From a virus, in IMG/VR virus record IMGVR_UViG_3300021961_000042, positions 41,564-105,563 of that record: a DNA stretch of 64,000 bases; one strand, written 5' to 3'. The notes below the pieces were generated by a model. It ran no database searches and was not told where the DNA came from. It saw nothing but the letters and a program-made list of their open reading frames with translations. Position numbers and translations under genes: made by a program. Below, piece by piece: positions 58,074 to 64,000 of this stretch. Each line of letters starts with the position of its first letter. Within the stretch, counting starts at the first letter, position 1.

Positions 58074-59888
58074 ATGAAAAAACTACTTAAAGAATCCGGT
58101 ATAAGGGACATAAAACAAATTGCCAAAAGATATAAAAAGGCTAAAATTTATTTTCACCAAGACTTAGATGGTGTAACAACCGCTTTGGCTATGAAAAACT
58201 ACCTTGAACAAAATGGGATCAATGTAGTTGATGCTGAGGTTATACAATACGGTGCTAAAGAATTTGCTATTAAAAAACCTGAAGGTGAAGGTGACGTGAT
58301 GCCGGTATTGGTTGATTTTGCTCACGGAAAACCGATGTTTGTTATCCATACCGATCACCACGATAGTCAAGCCGGTGTTGAGGGAGATACTGCAACAAGT
58401 TTTAGACACGCAAGATCTAATGTCGAAACAATATCACAGATATTATCACCAAAAGAAATTTTTACCGCAGACGACATATTATTAATCTCAACAGTTGACT
58501 CAGCAAACTTTGTTGCAAATAATATAACACCAGAAATGGTTATGAACTACCTTTTCAAATATGATAAAAATGAGTCTTTGAAAAGAAATAAAATGTTAAT
58601 GGGGCTTGTTGTTAATAAATTACTTTTAGCATATAAAGGAAAACCAAATTTTTTAGAAGAAATTGTTTTAAATGCAAAACCATCCCTTTTAAGTATTCTT
58701 AATTTTATAAAAAAAGTGGCATTAGAAAAAGGGTACGCAACCCCTGAAATGATGACAAAAAATACTGAAGATTATGTTCAAAGTAGAAAAGAATCTGGAG
58801 TTGAAAGAACAGGTAGCGTATTATCTCAATACGGTTTTGGTTCGGCAACAAAACCAGGATCATATGATAGATACACACCATTTAGAAATAATCCTGATGC
58901 CGACTTCTTAGTTACAGGAATGCCTTTTGGTAGTGTTCAAGCATCTTGTAACCCATTCAAAGAAAGTAGATCACTCAAAGGTATAAATTTAGGTGAAATA
59001 AAGGATCAAGTTTTATTAGACTTCAAACCAGAGTTAGAAAAACAAATATTAACATTTAGAACAATAAAAAGAATTGCAGAAAAAGAAGCAACAAAAGAAT
59101 CTGTAGGATTCACCTCAAAAGATATGATGGCCCTTTATGGTTCAATGCCATCTTACGATCCAAACACACAATCAATAAATGGTTATGATTTTTTAGTTGC
59201 AAACTCAGGAGGACATAAATGTATTACTAATATTTCAGGAATTAATTTTATGTATAGTGGTTACGACAAACCATACACTAAAGATTTACCAAAAGAAGCT
59301 ATACCTATTGCTTTTTATGAAGGAGATAATAACTTTATTAAAGATATTAAACAAAAACTTTTAAGATTTAGAAAGTTATCTGAAAAACAAATACAGGCGG
59401 CAATTAGTGGAATGAAAAGAGAGGGGATCAATACAGACTCATTAATGAATGTAAAACAAGAAAGAGGTTTTTTAGATTTAGTAAAAGAAATGAAAGACAG
59501 GTTTGTTGATATTTTAAATCAAAAAATGAATTCAGAAAATGAAAGTATTAATGAAAGTTATGATAAAAAAGATATTGCAACATTATTAAAAAAACACGTT
59601 AAAAAAGAAAAAACATTAAATGAAAACGATTGGAATTATATATTAAAAAAAGTTAATGGTGTTATTGATAATAGAGGACAGTGGGAACATCCCGGAAAAT
59701 GTACAATGATTGAAAGTAATACTATTACCATGAAAAATGTTGATTACCCTTTAGTTGGAATAGACAATACAGGACAAATGAAATTAATGTTACCAAACAT
59801 GAATTATGAATTTCCCGGAGAAAAAGTATTTGAAATACCTTGCATGGGTAAATATAAAAATCTTGCAATAGAACTATTAAGAATATGA
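58074..59888 (+). CDS. DHH-family phosphoesterase-like protein with leader and appended C-terminal module
   Basis: HQDLDG, VDFA, TDHHD, SGGH. Confidence 0.7.
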   Translation: MKKLLKESGIRDIKQIAKRYKKAKIYFHQDLDGVTTALAMKNYLEQNGINVVDAEVIQYGAKEFAIKKPEGEGDVMPVLVDFAHGKPMFVIHTDHHDSQAGVEGDTATSFRHARSNVETISQILSPKEIFTADDILLISTVDSANFVANNITPEMVMNYLFKYDKNESLKRNKMLMGLVVNKLLLAYKGKPNFLEEIVLNAKPSLLSILNFIKKVALEKGYATPEMMTKNTEDYVQSRKESGVERTGSVLSQYGFGSATKPGSYDRYTPFRNNPDADFLVTGMPFGSVQASCNPFKESRSLKGINLGEIKDQVLLDFKPELEKQILTFRTIKRIAEKEATKESVGFTSKDMMALYGSMPSYDPNTQSINGYDFLVANSGGHKCITNISGINFMYSGYDKPYTKDLPKEAIPIAFYEGDNNFIKDIKQKLLRFRKLSEKQIQAAISGMKREGINTDSLMNVKQERGFLDLVKEMKDRFVDILNQKMNSENESINESYDKKDIATLLKKHVKKEKTLNENDWNYILKKVNGVIDNRGQWEHPGKCTMIESNTITMKNVDYPLVGIDNTGQMKLMLPNMNYEFPGEKVFEIPCMGKYKNLAIELLRI

Positions 59889-60376
59889 ATCTTTACGAGA
59901 ATATATTAAGAATCAATCAATTAATAAAAGAAAACTCTACTATTGAAAACTTTATACAAAAAGGAGAGTTAAATATTGTGCCAGGTGTTAACATTACATT
60001 AGTAAAGGAGAAAGATGAAATAATTGGAGAAACAAATTTAATTGATATGGATAATGCGTATTTGAACGATTACTACTTGAATAATTTTCTTAAAAATGAT
60101 TCTAATAACATGAATGAAAGTAATGGCGACATTGTTATAAATAATTCTAATACTTTATATGTTCATGATGTGAATGTTGATGAAAGTTTTAGAGGAATGG
60201 GTTATGGTAAAAAAGTTATGACTAAATGCCATGAAGTTGCAAAAAAAATGGGTTATGACAACACTTGTTTAATAGTACAAAAAGAAAACACACCGGCGGT
60301 TTCTTTATATGAAGGTTTAGGGTATCTAACAATCAAAGAAGACAATTTAAGAAAATTTATGTTGAAAAAATTATAA
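59885..60376 (+). CDS. GNAT acetyltransferase with leader
   Basis: VNVDESFRGMGYG, NTPAVSLYEGLGY; MNLYENILRINQLIKE. Confidence 0.8.
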   Translation: MNLYENILRINQLIKENSTIENFIQKGELNIVPGVNITLVKEKDEIIGETNLIDMDNAYLNDYYLNNFLKNDSNNMNESNGDIVINNSNTLYVHDVNVDESFRGMGYGKKVMTKCHEVAKKMGYDNTCLIVQKENTPAVSLYEGLGYLTIKEDNLRKFMLKKL

Positions 60377-60531
60377 AATAAAAGTTTTTTTAATTTTACA
60401 ATGTATTTATAAAATACCTCTGACAAAATTCATTATTTTTTAATAAAAACAGTTGACAGTTTAGAATAAATGTTTTAGATTTGTTAAACAATTAGGAAAC
60501 GTCCTAATAATAATTTGAAAAATTGAAAAAA

Positions 60532-60675
60532 ATGAGTGAAGATCAAGTAACAGTAAACGAAATTTACGCTTACGTTAATGACAAAGGTCAGAAAGTGTAT
60601 ACACCTAATCTAGAGTTTGCTAAGATTATGAGTGATAAATACGGAACCGATAAGGTGTACGTAGAAAAAAACTAA
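60532..60675 (+). CDS. 47-aa hypothetical protein (not in ORF track)
   Basis: MSEDQVTVNEIYAYVNDKGQKVYTPNLEFAKIMSDKYGTDKVYVEKN; A-rich start. Confidence 0.55.
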   Translation: MSEDQVTVNEIYAYVNDKGQKVYTPNLEFAKIMSDKYGTDKVYVEKN

Positions 60676-60730
60676 AAAAAAGTTCACAAGGTACTTGTCT
60701 AATTAAAAAAAAAGACTTAACTTTGTAAAA

Positions 60731-61700
60731 GATTCGAAACCACAGGAGATGAAAGATACTCGTTGTCGAATTAGAGAAAACGTTCTTTGAAAAACTAAAA
60801 CCGACAGAAATAGTCGTCACAATTATGAAAAGCGAATTAACACCTCCCTTTCTTTAAGTGTGAAACTAAATTAAGTCATTGGGCCGTGTATGGTCCATTA
60901 AAATAAACCACGAAAGTGGGATAAAGTGAACCTAACGTGTAATAGGTTTGCGTCTTGGTGAGTCTTCGGACTTGTTGAGGTCGAGTACACAAGCGGGATA
61001 CCGTTTAACCTTTAGTACCGAGGGCAACGCTGTAGGGAAAGTGGTTAGATGAACTGGCAATGTGGGTTGTCAGTTTGAGGTGGGAACACCAAGAGGAATA
61101 ACCCGTAGGAACGATGCAAAAAATAAGGTTATCCAACTTTATCATTGCGTCCTCCATTATGATAGGGTACTTAAAACCGAAAGGTATGTTCGTGTACAGG
61201 TGGTGCTGTTACCAACCCTAATGATTCCTTACCAAAGGAATTGTTTTGAAGTAGTCTTGAAATATGGAAATGGGGACATTTCACGGAGTAGTTGAGTATC
61301 GACTCGTTCAAAAGATGGGTTGGCTCGGGTGACGGACCACTACTTCGACAATCCACAACACAAATACTTTATGGAAAGTAATGATTCTATTATTAACTAC
61401 AGAAAGGAAAAGTGTCCGTCAGGTTTGGATGAAAGGTGACTACATAGTAATGAGCCGTTCATTGCACACAAGGATCCCAAGTCTGAGTGTAATTATCCGA
61501 AAAACCTTTAGTCCCGCAAGGACGAACTGGGGAGGCATCCTCGGAAAGAGTCAAGTAAGGTGAGAGTAATCCAAACCTCAAGGAGTGATTCACCTAAATA
61601 ATCGTCACTGAGGAATACTTCTCAAAAGGAAGTGGATAAGAGTAGAATAAATAATGACTCTAAAGGTTCTCAATAACAGGTGTAATCTCAGCCTTTTTTT
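60731..61700 (+). ncRNA. Large structured noncoding RNA, GOLLD-like candidate
   Basis: Promoter CTTG-N20-TAACTTTG (60694-60725); ~1 kb without a credible ORF; visibly G+C-richer; GNRA/UUCG hairpins and long-range helices; ends in T tract. Confidence 0.75.
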
Positions 61701-61729
61701 AAAACATGATTACTGGTAAAAAAAATTGA

Positions 61730-61761
61730 ATGGATAGTAAAAAATTATTATCCATTTTTTT
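61730..61761 (+). terminator. Intrinsic terminator
   Basis: ATGGATAGTAA/TTATTATCCAT stem plus T tract. Confidence 0.65.
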
Positions 61762-61793
61762 GTGCATTAAAATTTTTTGTATATCTTTGTATC

Positions 61794-62177
61794 ATGAAAG
61801 AAGGAAAGGCAATCAGAGACAAACAAATAAAGGCAATCAAAACGGTTTTGAAAGAATCAAATTTTGAATTAAAACAGTTAGATAACACCGCGTATTCTGA
61901 ACTTGATAAGGCGGTTGTAAAAATTGTTAATGTAAGAAAATATAAAAGCGGTTGGGGTAGTAGTTTTTTGTATGAAGTTGACGTGGTTGTTGATATGAGA
62001 ATAGACGGTAGTTATTTTTACTCAAACAGATACTGTGAAAGATTTAAAGTAAGATGTAATGGTTATTATAGATACAAAATTGAAAAAGTAATAGCAAATG
62101 AGATTAAATATTTTGGTGTAGACACTCAATATGATAATGTATGTGTTAAAAAAATAACTTACAAACAAATTGTTTAA
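61794..62177 (+). CDS. Hypothetical protein
   Basis: 127 aa with TTTG-N19-TATCTTTG promoter. Confidence 0.65.
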   Translation: MKEGKAIRDKQIKAIKTVLKESNFELKQLDNTAYSELDKAVVKIVNVRKYKSGWGSSFLYEVDVVVDMRIDGSYFYSNRYCERFKVRCNGYYRYKIEKVIANEIKYFGVDTQYDNVCVKKITYKQIV

Positions 62178-62215
62178 TTCAAAATTTATTCTTAACTTTA
62201 CAATAAATAAAAAAT

Positions 62216-62482
62216 ATGGCAACACATAAACACGTAATGATAGTTCATCCTAAGTTCGGAGAAGTTTTAAATGAGACTTTCATGGATGAGGTACAGTTCA
62301 AAATATTTTTAAATATGGTCCACTCTTCAATAGAGTTGAACCAAAACCTCTCAACTTTCAACGGTAAGGACTTCTTAGTTCACATACCAAACTCAATACT
62401 TAAAGACTCTTTGGTTATCGGTAAGACAAAAGAGGTGTCTATGGCCGAGGTGGTACTTGCAAAATCTAAATTGGAGGGGTAG
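62216..62482 (+). CDS. Hypothetical protein
   Basis: 88 aa. Confidence 0.6.
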   Translation: MATHKHVMIVHPKFGEVLNETFMDEVQFKIFLNMVHSSIELNQNLSTFNGKDFLVHIPNSILKDSLVIGKTKEVSMAEVVLAKSKLEG

Positions 62483-62547
62483 TTTCTTTGTTAATCTTTA
62501 AAACAAAGTGGTGGCAGTTCGAACACATCTTGTGTCGACCCGAAAAT

Positions 62548-62573
62548 AGGTGAGGTAATACTCACCTTTTTTT
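62548..62573 (+). terminator. Intrinsic terminator
   Basis: AGGTGAG/CTCACCT stem plus T tract. Confidence 0.8.
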
Positions 62574-62595
62574 ATTCATTCATATATTTATTTAT

Positions 62596-62979
62596 ATGAA
62601 AATACAGTTAACGGAATCTGATTTAGTAATACTAATTAAAAAAATTATTTCTGAAACAAAAAACCAAACAATTTATGAGGATATGTATGGTTCCGTTGAG
62701 GATATTAATTTACTTAATGAGGCAGAATACCAAGGTAGAAAAGTACAACTTGGTAAAATAATGCAGGGAGACATTAAAAAATTTAAAGTATATGTAAAAA
62801 ATGACAAAGGAAAGGTTGTTAAAGTAAACTTTGGTTTTGGTGGTAAATCTGCTAAAGGTAAAAGAATGACAATCAAAAAAAACAACCCTGAAAGAAGAAA
62901 GTCATTTAGAGCAAGACATAATTGTGATAACCCTGGCCCAAGATGGAAACCAAGATATTGGGCTTGTAGAACATGGTAA
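62596..62979 (+). CDS. Leader-bearing basic protein
   Basis: MKIQLTESDLVILIKKIISE; VNFG...RRKSFRARHNCD...RYWAC. Confidence 0.7.
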   Translation: MKIQLTESDLVILIKKIISETKNQTIYEDMYGSVEDINLLNEAEYQGRKVQLGKIMQGDIKKFKVYVKNDKGKVVKVNFGFGGKSAKGKRMTIKKNNPERRKSFRARHNCDNPGPRWKPRYWACRTW

Positions 62980-62980
62980 T

Positions 62981-63283
62981 ATGGGAAAAATATTAATAAC
63001 AGAAAAACAGTTTAAAAAAATGGTCAGAGACCTTAAAGAACATGAAGACGATGGTGGTTCTTATATGGCAAAACAACAATTGTTTACAATTGCCACATTG
63101 GCGTATAAAATGTGGGAAATGATGGAAGATGGAGAACAACTTGAAGATTGGATGGAAACTAAAATTGCACAATCAGAACAGTCTGTCACATCAGTTGTTA
63201 AATCTTTTATGTATGATGAGGCTGAAGATAAAATCAAAGGTGCGAATGATATCGATTTTAACGATTTAATAATAGGTCGATAA
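62981..63283 (+). CDS. Leader-bearing hypothetical protein
   Basis: Start at ATG 62981: MGKILITEKQFKKMVRDLKE; MAKQQL...LEDWMETKI. Confidence 0.65.
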   Translation: MGKILITEKQFKKMVRDLKEHEDDGGSYMAKQQLFTIATLAYKMWEMMEDGEQLEDWMETKIAQSEQSVTSVVKSFMYDEAEDKIKGANDIDFNDLIIGR

Positions 63284-63302
63284 AATAAATTTATTAAAAG
63301 AT

Positions 63303-63339
63303 ATCCCTCAGTTAATTGACTGGGGGATTTTTATTTTTT
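63303..63339 (+). terminator. Intrinsic terminator
   Basis: ATCCCTCAGT/ACTGGGGGAT stem plus T-rich tail. Confidence 0.7.
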
Positions 63340-63345
63340 ATAATT

Positions 63346-63537
63346 ATGAAAAAAAGAATGTACGTAATTATTAAACACATCAAAATGAATGATAACAAAA
63401 AAAGAGTTCCTGTTATCATATTAAATAGTGAGTCCGAAATTTTGGAATTTGATACCCTCGAAAACGCTGAAAAAATGAGAGAAATTTTTGAATTAAATTC
63501 AGATTCAGGTCACGTTTACGAGGTTAAGAAAATATAA
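63346..63537 (+). CDS. Hypothetical protein
   Basis: ATG downstream of the terminator. Confidence 0.55.
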   Translation: MKKRMYVIIKHIKMNDNKKRVPVIILNSESEILEFDTLENAEKMREIFELNSDSGHVYEVKKI

Positions 63538-63543
63538 CAATAT

Positions 63544-63617
63544 GGTCCCGTAGCTCAGCTGGATAGAGCAACTGCCTTCTAAGCAGTAGGTCAATGGTTC
63601 GAATCCATTCGGGATCA
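63544..63617 (+). tRNA. tRNA-Arg(UCU)
   Basis: GGTCCCG/CGGGATC acceptor, GCTC/GAGC D arm, ACTGC-CTTCTAA-GCAGT anticodon arm, AATGG-TTCGAAT-CCATT T arm; CCA not encoded. Confidence 0.95.
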
Positions 63618-63749
63618 CAAATAAATTAACATGGAAGACATTCACCAACTACTACATGAAGAATTTATAAACAGCGAGGAGTTTATAAAATATCTTAAAG
63701 AACTTAACGAGTATTCAGAAAATTATGTATCTTTGTAAAAATAAAACAT

Positions 63750-64000
63750 ATGAACAAAGAACTTGTCACCCTATTTTTCTCTATGGAACACGAAACCGAT
63801 GAATTAATAGACGTGTTCAATAAAAAACAACTTTTAGACCTTTACATTGGTGGATGCGAGTTAAGATTACGTATGGAAGGTAGATTTAATGACTTCAATA
63901 AGTTTCATAAAGAAACGGGAATAACTTTAGGTGATTTATTAGTTAACAAGTATAATGTTGCAAGACAACTCCACGTATTAAAACTGGCACTTTATAAACT
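63750..64000 (+). CDS. Hypothetical protein, 3'-truncated
   Basis: ATG after TATCTTTG (63728); open to the window end. Confidence 0.55.
   Translation, partial: MNKELVTLFFSMEHETDELIDVFNKKQLLDLYIGGCELRLRMEGRFNDFNKFHKETGITLGDLLVNKYNVARQLHVLKLALYK

Noticed and set aside
61062-61563. Short ORFs 61062-61295, 61171-61356, 61381-61563
   Set aside because: Atypical composition, no A-rich start context, and they lie within the structured RNA
60731-61700. rRNA, tmRNA, RNase P or intron identity for the large RNA
   Set aside because: No rRNA universal motifs, tRNA-like ends, RNase P P4 motif or group II domain V recognised, and it interrupts no gene; not formally excluded without cmscan
63618-63700. 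HDV-like (theta) ribozyme after the tRNA
   Set aside because: Downstream sequence is AT-rich with a short ORF and no nested pseudoknot apparent
1-64000. Stop-codon reassignment
   Set aside because: Genes are full length in code 11, TAG and TGA end genes at sensible points, and no suppressor tRNA is seen

Overview
AT-rich, densely coding segment of a large (jumbo/huge) tailed dsDNA phage, standard genetic code. The host is most likely Bacteroidota: TTTG-N19/20-TAnnTTTG promoters, A-rich starts with no Shine-Dalgarno, and SprB-like, Hc1-like and DUF6576-like domains. 1-26.3 kb is a virion/baseplate/tail-fibre block with a Delta-60 propeller insertion, SprB-like repeats, two paralogous SHAEG-repeat fibres with small adaptors, Pro-Thr linkers and two embedded glycosyltransferases. 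26.3-39.2 kb covers DNA metabolism and transcription (RuvC-like, primase, PD-(D/E)XK nuclease, MTase plus Hpy99I/EndoVII-like nuclease, Mre11/Rad50, HNH, sigma70). 39-64 kb holds accessory genes (degenerate amidase, membrane coiled-coils, Hc1-like, DnaJ, Dam-like and N4C MTases, LRR, PcfJ-like, glutaredoxin, degenerate MetK-like, DHH, GNAT), a ~950-nt highly structured ncRNA (GOLLD-like candidate) and tRNA-Arg(UCU). Strongest leads: (1) a GT60-based mucin-type glycosylation system for Pro-Thr-rich virion proteins; (2) a shared N-terminal leader ending in [LI]-x-E on unrelated proteins, linked to a strand-specific TATTTAT promoter, suggesting capsid cargo targeting; (3) the giant ncRNA; (4) a promoter-driven ~65-nt sRNA with two identical CAGAAU hairpin loops. 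All family assignments come from motif recognition by eye, not database searches.
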